From a virus, in the IMG/VR virus record IMGVR_UViG_3300022910_000005, positions 16,685 through 80,684 of that record: DNA of 64,000 nt. One strand, given 5' to 3'. A program made the position numbers and the translations under genes. Under the pieces are notes generated by a model. The model searched no databases and was not told the DNA's origin. It saw only the letters and a program-made list of their open reading frames with translations. Of this stretch, positions 47,074 through 56,917 are shown in pieces. Every line of letters starts with the position of its first letter. Position 1 is the stretch's first letter.

Positions 47074-49947
47074 TTACTGGCGACGGATCGCCGTGAGCAG
47101 ATCGTTGGCCAACTGGCCGCTGGCCCCATCGAACGCCTGCCGGGCCTCGGCCGGGCTGACGCCGTCTCCGACCTGCACCACAACCGACCCGGGGGCAAGG
47201 GTCACTGTAGTTGACCCCCCGCCCTGGCCGGTGCCCGTCGTGCTCGCGACCGCCCGGAACGAGCCTCCGGTGCCCAGGCCCATCGACATCACGTCAGCGA
47301 TGTCGCGCGCTGCCGCCTGAACGAGACCGGCCCGGCCAGCAAGGCCCGCCGCCAGGTCTTCCGCCAGGTGCTGGCCACGGATCATGGCGTAGCCGTCGCC
47401 GGACAGTGGGCCGACCTTCGCCGGGGAGCCGGGCAGCAGGTCGGTGATCCGTCCGATCGCACCCTCGACGGCACCGACCGCGTCGCCGATGGCCGAGCGG
47501 ATGCCGGACGCCAGCGAGCGCATGATGCTCGCACCGGCCGAGAAGAACTGACCGCCCAGGTTCCAGACCAGGCCAACGATGCCACTGAGCGCGCCGGACA
47601 CGGTGGATCGGATCGTGGACCAGCCGCGCGAGATGACGCCGGAGATCGCGCTCATCGCCGCCGAGACGCCGGAGCGCATCGTGCCGAACGCCGCCAGCAG
47701 GCCGCCGAGCACCAGGCTGAGCGCGGTGCGGAAGATGGCGATGATCGCCGACCACATGGCATTGATGATGCCCTGCACGCCCTGCTGGAATCCACGGAAC
47801 CCGGCGGTGATCCCGCTCCAGGCCGCCGACATGATCGACCTGATGGTGCCCCACGCGGCGGACAACCCGCCAATGACCCTCTTCCACAACTGATCCCAGA
47901 GGGTGAACAGCAGGTTGAGGCTGACGGTCCAGGTCGCCTTGAGGATCTGGAAGCCGCCGATGACGACGCCCTTGATGAGTTCCCACGCGCCCTTGAGGAT
48001 CTGGAGGATGCCCTGCCACACCGCCGACCAGTTGCCGGTCAGGAGCCCGGCGAAGATCGTGATGATGCCCATGATCGTGTCGAGGGTTCCGGAGATGACG
48101 CCCTTGATGATCGTCCACGCGCCCTGCACGATGGCCGACAGCGTCGGCCAGACGGCCGACCAGATCGCGCTGATGATCGCCAGCGCGCCAGTGATTTCGG
48201 TGACGATCGCGTTCCAGACGAACGTGATGATCGTCAGGATGTTCTGCCACACGGCCATGAACAGCGGCGCGTTGGTGGTCGCCCACTGCACCACCTTGTT
48301 GAACTGCTGCACCACGAAGTCGAACACGGCCTGCACCGCCGGGCCGAACGTGGCCGACAACCACGCCGCCGCCTGGCCGAGCCATCCGACGATCGCGGTG
48401 TAGACGGTCGTCGCGAACGACGCGATGGCCCCGGCGACCGTGTTGACGATGTCGTGGAACGTCTGAAAGTGCGTGTAGGCGTAGTAGATTCCGAACGCCA
48501 CGGCGGCCAGAGCGGCCACGACGGCCAGCACGATGCCAGCCGTCAGCGCCAGGCCGGTCAGGAACTCACCGATGCCGACACCGGCCGCCAGCGCGGCGGC
48601 CGAGATGACGCTGAAGACGTTCGCGATGGCCAGGATCGGGCCGATGATCTTCAGGCCGACGGCGGCCACGCCGATGAAGCCGAGGCCGAGCAGGGCCAGC
48701 AGCGGGTGCGCCTTCTGGAAGCCGTCGATCGCACGGAACAGCCCGGTGGCGATCTTCACGAGTGCCTCGCCCAGCGGCGCGCCTGCCTTGACGATCGCCA
48801 CGAACGCCAGAGCGATCTGACCGATGAGAGACAGCACCAGTGGGGTGTTCTCGCGGATGTACGCCACGAAGTTCTGGAAGCCCTGCGACTGCGCCAGCCC
48901 CTTCGCCCAATCCTCGAACGCTTGCGACATCCCCACCATGCCGCCAGTGAAGTCCCGGGTGAGCGGCATGAAAGCCATGATGAGAGCAGCGAATCCACCG
49001 AAGACGTTGCCGATCGTCCGGCCCAGGTCGCGCAGGATCGGACCGAGGTTCTGGCCGATCATCTTGATGAAGGACTGCCAGAACGGACCCTGGAGCGCTC
49101 GGACCGCAGACCGTTCCAGGAACAGGAACGCCCCGGCCGCCGCCTGCACGATCGGTGCGATCGACGGCAGCAGCGCGGCGATGCCCTTCAAGCCCTCGGC
49201 CGCCGTCTGGAAGATGATCGGCTGGAACTGCTCAGCGAAAGAACGCCAAGCAGCCTGGAAAGCCTGGATGCCCTTCACCATCTCCTGCTCGGCAGGCGAC
49301 AGCGAATCCATGATCGCCTTCATCTTCGCCAGGGCCTTGTCCTTGGCGTCGTCCGTGACGGCCGTGTTGAAGGCGTCCTGGGCGGTCTTCAGGCCCTTCA
49401 GCGCATCGTTGACGTGGCTGAAGTTGGTGACGGCGACCGCACCGAACAGGCCGACGCCAATCCCGGCAGTCACCAGTGCACCGGATAGCGCAGCGATGCC
49501 GCCGACGGCGACCGCGCCGATCGGGATCAGAGCGGTGCCCAGGCCCAATACCGCTGCGGCGATACCGTTCACGGACCGGCTGGCCTGGAGCGCGGAGTTC
49601 CTGAAGCCGTCCATCGACGCGCGGCCCTTGCGCACCTCGTCGGTGTTGACCTTCACCTTGACGCGCTCGTCGCCGATCGACTTCAGTTCGGCCTTGAGGA
49701 TTTCGATCTCTTCGGCCGCATCGCCCGTGTTGAGATCGATGTCGATGTCCGGCGACTTCTCGTCCAACCGGTCCAGGTCGGCCATCAACTTCTTGATCTC
49801 GGCCTCGACGTCGTGCGCGTTCGCGTCGATGTCGATGTTCGCGTCGTCGCCGTCGAGACCCTTGATCAGAGCGTCGATCGCGAGGATCGTCTTGGTCGCG
49901 TCGTCGTCCGCGTCGATGTGAACACCGAGTTCAGCCACCGTCGGCAT
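47074..49947 (-). CDS. Tape measure protein
   Basis: Ala/Gly-rich helical, periodic W/F, PGSPAKVGPL near the C-terminus. Confidence 0.92.
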   Translation of the reverse strand: MPTVAELGVHIDADDDATKTILAIDALIKGLDGDDANIDIDANAHDVEAEIKKLMADLDRLDEKSPDIDIDLNTGDAAEEIEILKAELKSIGDERVKVKVNTDEVRKGRASMDGFRNSALQASRSVNGIAAAVLGLGTALIPIGAVAVGGIAALSGALVTAGIGVGLFGAVAVTNFSHVNDALKGLKTAQDAFNTAVTDDAKDKALAKMKAIMDSLSPAEQEMVKGIQAFQAAWRSFAEQFQPIIFQTAAEGLKGIAALLPSIAPIVQAAAGAFLFLERSAVRALQGPFWQSFIKMIGQNLGPILRDLGRTIGNVFGGFAALIMAFMPLTRDFTGGMVGMSQAFEDWAKGLAQSQGFQNFVAYIRENTPLVLSLIGQIALAFVAIVKAGAPLGEALVKIATGLFRAIDGFQKAHPLLALLGLGFIGVAAVGLKIIGPILAIANVFSVISAAALAAGVGIGEFLTGLALTAGIVLAVVAALAAVAFGIYYAYTHFQTFHDIVNTVAGAIASFATTVYTAIVGWLGQAAAWLSATFGPAVQAVFDFVVQQFNKVVQWATTNAPLFMAVWQNILTIITFVWNAIVTEITGALAIISAIWSAVWPTLSAIVQGAWTIIKGVISGTLDTIMGIITIFAGLLTGNWSAVWQGILQILKGAWELIKGVVIGGFQILKATWTVSLNLLFTLWDQLWKRVIGGLSAAWGTIRSIMSAAWSGITAGFRGFQQGVQGIINAMWSAIIAIFRTALSLVLGGLLAAFGTMRSGVSAAMSAISGVISRGWSTIRSTVSGALSGIVGLVWNLGGQFFSAGASIMRSLASGIRSAIGDAVGAVEGAIGRITDLLPGSPAKVGPLSGDGYAMIRGQHLAEDLAAGLAGRAGLVQAAARDIADVMSMGLGTGGSFRAVASTTGTGQGGGSTTVTLAPGSVVVQVGDGVSPAEARQAFDGASGQLANDLLTAIRRQ

Positions 49948-50144
49948 TACGACGCTCCCTTCTTCTTGCTCGCGTGGTGCTCAGCGGACTGACTGGCCAG
50001 GGCCACCCTCACCCACCAGGCTGGCTTGGCCGCCAGGTCCCAGGGCGGCACGCCGAGGTAGCGTGCCGCCTGGATGAGCGTGAACCACAACGGCGCTTCG
50101 CCCATCGCCCCATCCGTCACCAGGTAGCGACGAAGGGCCTTCAT
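49947..50144 (-). CDS. Tail assembly chaperone, frameshift extension
   Basis: In the -1 frame after GGGGGAA. Confidence 0.7.
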   Translation of the reverse strand: MKALRRYLVTDGAMGEAPLWFTLIQAARYLGVPPWDLAAKPAWWVRVALASQSAEHHASKKKGAS

Positions 50145-50491
50145 TCCCCCGAAGGGTCGTTGTCCGATCTGACGGCCTTGACGATGCCCATGATGATCGT
50201 GGTCGGCACGTACAGCCGAACGTCCTCGTCGTTGTTGATGTCGACGGGGATCTCCTGCTCACCGACCTGCTCACCGTTGTCGTCGAGCAACTTCTCCGTC
50301 CGGGTCAGGTCCCAGCCGACGACCAGATCCTGGATCATCGAGATGAGCCGCTCCGGGTTGCCCTTGTCGGCAGCCGCCTCCGTCATCTGGGCGATCGTGT
50401 AGGCCGGAGGCCGGTACTCGATGTTCAGCACCGCGTCGCCGAAGAAGACCTTGAGGGGCTTCGTTTCGGCAATCGCTTCGTCAATCCGCAC
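50141..50491 (-). CDS. Tail assembly chaperone
   Basis: Between tail tube and tape measure. Confidence 0.78.
   Translation of the reverse strand: MRIDEAIAETKPLKVFFGDAVLNIEYRPPAYTIAQMTEAAADKGNPERLISMIQDLVVGWDLTRTEKLLDDNGEQVGEQEIPVDINNDEDVRLYVPTTIIMGIVKAVRSDNDPSGE
50144..50150 (-). other. Programmed -1 frameshift site GGGGGAA
   Basis: TCG GGG GAA TGA at the end of the chaperone gene. Confidence 0.75.
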
Positions 50492-50526
50492 GGTTTGGAA
50501 CCTCTTTCAGTTGCAGGGAGATGCTG

Positions 50527-51540
50527 TTACAGAGTGGCGGTCGTGGTGATGACCTCGACCTGGAACGCCCTGGTCCACGTCGGGTCGTGCACGGCCTTGA
50601 AGGTGTAGCCGATCGCGAACACGCCGTCCTCGTCCGAGAACTTCTCCACGTCGCTGATCTGCCCGGCCACGTCCCAGGTCACCTGGTGGTTGACACCGGC
50701 CGGGAGGCCGACGGTCGGCGCGAAGATCTGCGGCCCGACGGCGCGCAGCCGCAGGAACTTCGTGGTGCCCGCCCGCAGCGCGACCAGGTTGGCCGCCGCC
50801 TGGCTGTCGGCCATCTGGACGATCTTGAACTCGACGGTCGGCTCGCCCTCGACGGTCGCGACGAACGACGACTGGGCCGCGTCCACCACCCACAGCGGCA
50901 TGTACCGGTCCGAGATGTTGCACTCGCCGGACAGCGTGCGCAACTGCTTAGTGGTGCCGAGGCCGCCGGACGTGGTGTCGATGTAGACCGACAGTTCGGC
51001 GGGCTTCACCGGCACCTGCGGCAGCAGGGTCGGCGAGCCGGTCAGCGTAATGCCGTCCTCGATCGCCCGGCCCATCATCGAGCCGCCGAGTTCGATCTCG
51101 TCGCGGCTCCACGACCAGGTGTACTCGGAGATGATCCCGTAGACGAACCGGTGGGCCCGGAAGGCCGAGCCCTGCTCGACGGTCAGCGTCTTCGGAGCGT
51201 CGTCGCCGTAGGTGTTCGAGTTGAACACCCAGCGGGTCGCTCCCGTTGGCGTCGCGCCGTCCAGGATGGACGTCACCGTCGGAGCGGAAATGACCGACGA
51301 AAAGGCGTACGGCAGTTCGGTGTAGACGGCCGAACCGCTGATGTCGGCCTTCGTCGACTCCTTCCCGAGGATCTCCAGCACCGGGTACTTGGTGCCGTCC
51401 GGCCGGAGATCCTTGACGTCCACGTCCGGACCGATCTCCAGCGACATCGAGCCGAGCCGACGGGGGGCCGCCACGGCGGTGCCCGGCGTGGTCTCCACGC
51501 CGATCTGCACGCTCTGCGTGATTGAACTGCGTTCCGCCAC
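50527..51540 (-). CDS. Major tail (tube) protein
   Basis: QIGVETTPGTAV N-terminus; synteny. Confidence 0.85.
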   Translation of the reverse strand: MAERSSITQSVQIGVETTPGTAVAAPRRLGSMSLEIGPDVDVKDLRPDGTKYPVLEILGKESTKADISGSAVYTELPYAFSSVISAPTVTSILDGATPTGATRWVFNSNTYGDDAPKTLTVEQGSAFRAHRFVYGIISEYTWSWSRDEIELGGSMMGRAIEDGITLTGSPTLLPQVPVKPAELSVYIDTTSGGLGTTKQLRTLSGECNISDRYMPLWVVDAAQSSFVATVEGEPTVEFKIVQMADSQAAANLVALRAGTTKFLRLRAVGPQIFAPTVGLPAGVNHQVTWDVAGQISDVEKFSDEDGVFAIGYTFKAVHDPTWTRAFQVEVITTTATL

Positions 51541-51604
51541 GGCGGGACTCCTATCAGGTGAAGGTCACTCTGGCCTAGTCTGCCAGGGCGTCGTTTTCGG
51601 TGCT

Positions 51605-52048
51605 CTAGTCAGCGCTCGCACGAATGCGGTATACGCCGCCCAGATGGCGGTACTGGAGGCCGCCGTCGACCTCCGGCTGCTGGTAAGGCCGTTCTCGCAC
51701 GCACGACAGCGATCCGCGCGCTTCCGTCATCACCGAGTTCGGCCGGTGAATCAGGTAGTCGATCCGTTCAGCGATCGGGATCACCTCATCCCACGACGAG
51801 GACTGAGCGACCGCCTTCACGACGTACAGGTTGTCCGTGCTGATCCGCACCCCACCCACGCCGACGATGTCGAGCGGAGACTGGAGGAGGAACGACACGT
51901 ACGGCGTGCCCAGGGTGACCGTGGAGAGCGTGCCGGAGATCCGGTCGCCCACGAGCCCGGCCAGGACAGGATCGGCGCTGAGCGTGGCGTACAGCCACGG
52001 CTCGACAATGCTGACCGTCTCGACGATGCCGCCGTTCTCGGCGCTCAC
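51605..52048 (-). CDS. Tail terminator
   Basis: LSADPVLAGLVGDRI motif; synteny. Confidence 0.7.
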   Translation of the reverse strand: MSAENGGIVETVSIVEPWLYATLSADPVLAGLVGDRISGTLSTVTLGTPYVSFLLQSPLDIVGVGGVRISTDNLYVVKAVAQSSSWDEVIPIAERIDYLIHRPNSVMTEARGSLSCVRERPYQQPEVDGGLQYRHLGGVYRIRASAD

Positions 52049-52407
52049 CGAGCATCACAAGCCTTCCGGACCTTCTCGGCCATCTCCAGCCGGTACTGCC
52101 GCTCGTACTGGTGTGCCAGCGGCGCGACGATCGGGCGGGGCGGACGACCGTAGGCGGGCACCCCGAACTCCTGGAAGCCGGAGTAGAAGCCCTGGCCGAG
52201 GTACCAGCCGACATCCACCTCCGCGTGCATCCGCGACAGGCCGCGCTCGGTGGTGACGCGCCGGATCATGCCGGTGTCCTTCCAGAGGATGGTCTTCAGT
52301 TCGCGGACCATCGACTCGGCCACCTCGTCCACGCCGTCCGCCAGTTCGCGTGGCATCTTCCGGGCAATGGCACCGAAGTTGTTGTACTTCACGGTCCAGC
52401 CGCCCAT
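52045..52407 (-). CDS. HK97 gp10-like neck protein
   Basis: DTG...YSGFQEFG...PRP. Confidence 0.75.
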   Translation of the reverse strand: MGGWTVKYNNFGAIARKMPRELADGVDEVAESMVRELKTILWKDTGMIRRVTTERGLSRMHAEVDVGWYLGQGFYSGFQEFGVPAYGRPPRPIVAPLAHQYERQYRLEMAEKVRKACDAR

Positions 52408-52775
52408 CAGTCCACCTCCCGGATTCCGACCTTCATGATCACGGCCAGTTCGCTGGGGACCGCCGTGTCCTTCGTGATCACGTACAGGCTGCCGTCCAGA
52501 GCGTTCCGGACGCGGTCGCCCTCCTCGTAGACGGTGCCGAGCGGCATCAGCAGCACCATCGTCGTCGGCCCGAACACGCTGTCCACGTTGAGGATCGGGT
52601 CATCCTCGCGGGGCATCACGAACCGGCAGGCGATCCTCTTCGACCGCTCGACGTAGGCCGTCTTCTGGCCACCGGTCGTGTCCCGCACCAGCGTCCGGTC
52701 CTGGATGAAGGCGCGGTCGAGCAGCGAGGTGGCGATGAGACGCCGCCCGCTGGCCACGACCGACTTGATGCTCAT
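52407..52775 (-). CDS. Head-tail stopper/adaptor
   Basis: DTTGG...IACR...GDRV; synteny. Confidence 0.7.
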   Translation of the reverse strand: MSIKSVVASGRRLIATSLLDRAFIQDRTLVRDTTGGQKTAYVERSKRIACRFVMPREDDPILNVDSVFGPTTMVLLMPLGTVYEEGDRVRNALDGSLYVITKDTAVPSELAVIMKVGIREVD

Positions 52776-52981
52776 TCGGCCACGGTCTCCTCAGGGACCG
52801 GCAGGCCGAGCCCGGCCAGGAGATCCCGCTGCGCGGGCGAAATGGCTTCCGCGTAGGTGCGCTCGGCGGGCGCGTCGGACATGTAGTCGACGACCGGCTC
52901 GCCGCCGTCGCGAGCGGGAGTCGTGCTGGTGCTTCCGGTCCTGGCCATGCTGATCTCCTCGGGTTGGGCTGCTGCCGTCAT
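52772..52981 (-). CDS. Small hypothetical protein
   Basis: Coupled. Confidence 0.45.
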   Translation of the reverse strand: MTAAAQPEEISMARTGSTSTTPARDGGEPVVDYMSDAPAERTYAEAISPAQRDLLAGLGLPVPEETVAE

Positions 52982-53286
52982 TATCCGCTCAAACCGCTGG
53001 CGAGGACTTCCTGGGTCATCTCGTTGACGGCGTCCACGATCCCCGCCGTCTCCGCACGGAAGATCCAGGTGCCCGGCTCGGTGACCAGGATGCTCGCCTC
53101 GAACAGCCCGGTCGACCGACGGACGAAGTTGGTGGTCGGGTAGTTGAGGGTCGCCTGGGTTCCACCTGGTGCGCGGTAGGAGACGCTGGCCAGCGTCGGG
53201 TCGGTCGGCACGCCGTTCAGCCGCGCCTCGACCTCGATCAGGATGTTCTGACCCACGAACACGCGGGTTTCATCGTCGACTGCCAC
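52981..53286 (-). CDS. Small beta-sandwich adaptor (BppU-like)
   Basis: DPT....YRAPGG...STGLFEA...PGTWIFR. Confidence 0.65.
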   Translation of the reverse strand: MAVDDETRVFVGQNILIEVEARLNGVPTDPTLASVSYRAPGGTQATLNYPTTNFVRRSTGLFEASILVTEPGTWIFRAETAGIVDAVNEMTQEVLASGLSG

Positions 53287-53289
53287 GAC

Positions 53290-54342
53290 CTATCCCTTCC
53301 TGTGCCGGATGCTGACGCGCGCCCGGGTCACCAGAGTCATCACGATGAGGCCCGGCCGACCGAACACCCGGCCGATGAACGTGACGCTGGTAGTGGTGTT
53401 CGTCGGCGTGATGGCCCCCGCGAACTTCCGGCTCGGCCCACGCCGGATGAATGCGGTCGGCGTGAGCGCGCCAGCGAACTTCTTGGCCGGGCTCCTCGTC
53501 AGGATGTTGGTTGGCGCAATCTGGCCGGTGAAGACCTTCGGCAGCGCCTTCAGCAGCACGCCGGACGGGGTGATGGCACCCGCCAGAACCTTCAGCACCG
53601 CACGGGATTTCGTCAGGACGCCGCCGGGTGTCATCGCACCGGTCAGCAACTTCTTCGTCGTGCTGATCTCCACGCTGGTCGGCGTGATGTTCCCCGTCGC
53701 GAACAGCGTCGCCTGCGTGGGGGTGATCGTGTCCGACAGCGACAGGTTGTCGATGAAGAAGTCGACGGACCCGGCGGCCGACGACGAGGATTGCATGGTG
53801 ACGCCGACGTAGCCGCCGGTCGTGATGCCGCCCGTGTCGGTGTAATCGATCTGCCAGGTGTTCGTCGGCTCCGGCTGCGACCGCAGCCACGTCCGGGCGC
53901 GAATCCGCTGGCCGAAGATGGCGATCCGGGAACGCACCTGGTCGCCGAACACGAACCCGTGGGTGTTCGTCACCAGGTCGATCGGCGTCGGCAGGACCCG
54001 GCGGCTGACGACCATGTCGTTCTGCCGCAGCGAGAACGTGTAGCCGTTGACCGTCGAGATCTGGCTGTCCGAGCGGAGGATCGCCGTCGGGTACATGTTC
54101 GGCGTCACGTCCCAGTCGAACACCATCTCGGCGTCGGCCAGCGCGGTGATGCCGGTGACCCGCAGGCTGATCCGGTTGCCGTCGGCGTTGCCACAGCGAA
54201 GACGGCAGCGGTTGCCTTGGATCGTCACCGAGCCGCCCGTGCCCTCGTTGCGGGCGACGGTCCAGTTGGTGGCGTTCGGCGCTGAACCGTCCGCCCCGGT
54301 GAAGGTTTCAACAGCCGCGCCCGAAGGAAGCAGGCTGGCCAT
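53290..54342 (-). CDS. Lectin-like domain plus about 6 KxxxGxITPxG repeats (fibre-associated)
   Basis: Beta-sandwich ending FFIDNL, then repeats. Confidence 0.65.
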   Translation of the reverse strand: MASLLPSGAAVETFTGADGSAPNATNWTVARNEGTGGSVTIQGNRCRLRCGNADGNRISLRVTGITALADAEMVFDWDVTPNMYPTAILRSDSQISTVNGYTFSLRQNDMVVSRRVLPTPIDLVTNTHGFVFGDQVRSRIAIFGQRIRARTWLRSQPEPTNTWQIDYTDTGGITTGGYVGVTMQSSSSAAGSVDFFIDNLSLSDTITPTQATLFATGNITPTSVEISTTKKLLTGAMTPGGVLTKSRAVLKVLAGAITPSGVLLKALPKVFTGQIAPTNILTRSPAKKFAGALTPTAFIRRGPSRKFAGAITPTNTTTSVTFIGRVFGRPGLIVMTLVTRARVSIRHRKG

Positions 54343-54349
54343 CTACTTC

Positions 54350-54874
54350 TCACCCCAGGGGCACGGACTCCACATTGGAAGAACCGCAGTCGAGACAGCG
54401 GTGAACGACGCCCCTGCCGTGGCGGCCTGAACGCAACTGGAGGTTCTCGATACGGTTGTCGTCGCGGACGCCGTTGAGGTGATGGACAGTTTCATGATCC
54501 TCAAGATAGCGACCGAGCGCCTCCTCCATGACCAGGCGATGCTCGGGCACGTAAGAGCCGTTGCTGGTCGCGGCCGGGTGGCCAGCCTTGCTGATGCGGA
54601 CGTAGCCCGAGTCGGTGACTGACCGGCCGCCTTTCCAGTGAGCCGCCTTCTCGCCGGTCGAACCGGCGTAGGTGCACGGTCGCGAGCAGAACCGACCGGC
54701 CGACTGACGGCTTTTCGGTCGGAACTCTGTCCCACAGTGCTCGCAAGGGCGAGGTTCGATCGTGTGGTCGACATTGCGATCGTGCACCGCCTTCAGCGCG
54801 CATGGTCGTGAACAATACTTCTGATGCTTGGTTTTCGGCTGATACGACAGGTCGCAGACGAGGCAGGTCTTCAT
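54350..54874 (-). CDS. HNH homing endonuclease
   Basis: CxxC..YCSRPC repeats; EHRLVME...VHHLNG..DDNRIENL. Confidence 0.88.
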   Translation of the reverse strand: MKTCLVCDLSYQPKTKHQKYCSRPCALKAVHDRNVDHTIEPRPCEHCGTEFRPKSRQSAGRFCSRPCTYAGSTGEKAAHWKGGRSVTDSGYVRISKAGHPAATSNGSYVPEHRLVMEEALGRYLEDHETVHHLNGVRDDNRIENLQLRSGRHGRGVVHRCLDCGSSNVESVPLG

Positions 54875-54905
54875 GATCAGACCATATCTGCAAGCAGCCT
54901 ATGAA

Positions 54906-55622
54906 TCAACCACCAGCCGTAAATGTCAGGTCGTACTGGGCCTGCAACGATTCGCCGGACGCCAGGTTGACCGCAGCGAACAGCGTCTTGTCCAGCAGCA
55001 CCCCGCCGCCGACCGCCGCCTGCGAGAAGATGCCGTGCTCGGTGATGGCCACGGCCGACGAGACGGTGATCGTGGCGGTCGTCTCGAAGACGTTCGCGTT
55101 CCCGGCCAGTTCCCCCAGGGAGCCGGTGGGGCGGGTGTTCGAGACCTGGTACTGGGTGGTGAGTTCCGTGGTCAGCGCGGTGTTGCCGATCGCTTCCGCA
55201 CCGGCCCCGGTCCCGACGCCGTGGTACTTCATGTTCTCCGGCTCGACGATGCCCTGGAAGGCGTCCACGATGAAGTTGACGCCCGCCGTGGTCACCACCC
55301 GGCAACCGGCCAGGCCGAGATCCCACTGCTGGCCGCGCCGGTCCACCCGGGTCAGCCACAGGTGGCCGACCGCCGACATCGCGCCGCCGCGCCGGGCCTG
55401 CTCGGCCGCCCGCTGCGCCTCCAGGGACCGCTCGAAGTGCTCCGCGTTCTCGTCCTGCCAGAAGGCCCGCAGCCGGGCGGAGACCGGAGCCAGGCGGCGG
55501 TTGCGCTTGGCCCAGTTGGTGCCGTGCATCGCCGCGTCGTCGACCGTGCGGATCGCAGGCCGGACGATCGGTGCCGGGATGACCACCCCGGAAAGGCGGC
55601 CGGTGGGCCGGGTCTCGCTCAT
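54906..55622 (-). CDS. Virion fibre/spike subunit-like protein
   Basis: VTTAG..GVGTG..TALTTE..ITEHGIF..GESLQ. Confidence 0.7.
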   Translation of the reverse strand: MSETRPTGRLSGVVIPAPIVRPAIRTVDDAAMHGTNWAKRNRRLAPVSARLRAFWQDENAEHFERSLEAQRAAEQARRGGAMSAVGHLWLTRVDRRGQQWDLGLAGCRVVTTAGVNFIVDAFQGIVEPENMKYHGVGTGAGAEAIGNTALTTELTTQYQVSNTRPTGSLGELAGNANVFETTATITVSSAVAITEHGIFSQAAVGGGVLLDKTLFAAVNLASGESLQAQYDLTFTAGG

Positions 55623-55633
55623 GTTGGTGCCTC

Positions 55634-56095
55634 TCACGGTGTGGGGAGAATCGTGACGTCGTACGGCGTGCGCCGCCAGGGGAACGAACTGACCAGCGCC
55701 TGCGAGCCTACGCGCGGACGGACCGTGCCGTCGGCAGCGCCAACCGCATCGTCGATCTGGCCGAGTTCCTCCTCGGTGAGGTAGACCCCGCCGGGCGTCA
55801 AGGTGTCGAACGAGATGCCGATCGAGCCGTCCGCGCCGATGTCCTGACGCTGGTTCACGTCCGGGTTACGCAGGTACCTGATCACGGCCCCGGCCAGCAC
55901 GGCCCGGACGGTCTCCAGCAGGTCAGCCTTCACGGTCCCCGCCGACAGGCCGGTGTAGAACGCCAGCAGCGCCGGACGTAACTGCCGCAGCCGCCGCTCG
56001 ATGTCGACCAGGCGCTGAAGGGCCACGTCCGCCTCGTCGTCGTCGAGCACCCGCCAGCGGGACTCGATGTCGGCCGTGCTCACGTCGAACGGCAT
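55634..56095 (-). CDS. Head-tail connector/adaptor
   Basis: DIESRWR...RYLRNP...YLTEEEL. Confidence 0.8.
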   Translation of the reverse strand: MPFDVSTADIESRWRVLDDDEADVALQRLVDIERRLRQLRPALLAFYTGLSAGTVKADLLETVRAVLAGAVIRYLRNPDVNQRQDIGADGSIGISFDTLTPGGVYLTEEELGQIDDAVGAADGTVRPRVGSQALVSSFPWRRTPYDVTILPTP

Positions 56096-56159
56096 TGCCA
56101 CTCCTGGGGAGAGCCGAACGGCCGGACCCTGGTGAGAGGCCCGGCCGTTCGGAGCGCGG

Positions 56160-56516
56160 TTACTTGCTGGACGGCGTGTGGACCGTGGTCTCCGGCGTCG
56201 GGTCGCCCCGGCCGACACCCCGCAGGGTGTACGCCTCGTTCGGCGCGTGCCGGTTCTTGTTCGGGTCGCCCCGGTAGCCCTGCTCCTGCTCCTTGGCGAT
56301 CACCTCGCGGACATGCTCCTGGAGAGCGCGGGCGGCGGGCTCGTCGGCCAACTGGTCGCTGGGAGCCTCGTCCACGCCACGGGGAACCCGCGTGGTGGTC
56401 GGAGCGGAAGCCCGCTCGCCCGGCTGGAGACCGGCCGGGCTGATGGGCGTCTGGTCGGCGGCGACCGCCGACGGAGTCGTCTGGGACTTCGGGGTGGGGC
56501 TCTTGGCCTCAGCCAT
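56160..56516 (-). CDS. Hypothetical head-region protein
   Basis: EQEQGYRG...PNEAYTL..V....PTPET. Confidence 0.65.
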   Translation of the reverse strand: MAEAKSPTPKSQTTPSAVAADQTPISPAGLQPGERASAPTTTRVPRGVDEAPSDQLADEPAARALQEHVREVIAKEQEQGYRGDPNKNRHAPNEAYTLRGVGRGDPTPETTVHTPSSK

Positions 56517-56914
56517 CAGTCGTTCCTCTCGAACGTGATCTCGACGGTGCCGCCGGGATCGACCAAGCCGGTGCCGCCGACGGCGGCCGACCGGAACTCC
56601 AGGATGTCGCCCTGGACCACCTGGAGGTCGGACGCGGTGGCCGACAGCGTGAGCGCCTTCTCGTCGAACGCGACGAGGTTGACGCCGCCGACGAGGGCGA
56701 GCGACGCGACCACGGTGGTGCCCGCACCGGCCTGCCCGTGGTTGATGACGGACAGCGTGCGGCTGGCCGGGCTCGCGGCACCGGTCACCGCAGCGACCGG
56801 TGTGTAGGAGACGTTCGCGACCTTGCCCGTGAACGGGGCCTCGATCGCGTTGGTCCCGGTAGCCAGGATGGTCACCGGCTCCTGCTCGACGTTCAGTTTC
56901 GTGCGCATACCCAT
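56516..56914 (-). CDS. Capsid decoration-like protein
   Basis: Beta-rich, directly after the capsid gene. Confidence 0.6.
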   Translation of the reverse strand: MGMRTKLNVEQEPVTILATGTNAIEAPFTGKVANVSYTPVAAVTGAASPASRTLSVINHGQAGAGTTVVASLALVGGVNLVAFDEKALTLSATASDLQVVQGDILEFRSAAVGGTGLVDPGGTVEITFERND

Positions 56915-56917
56915 GAG

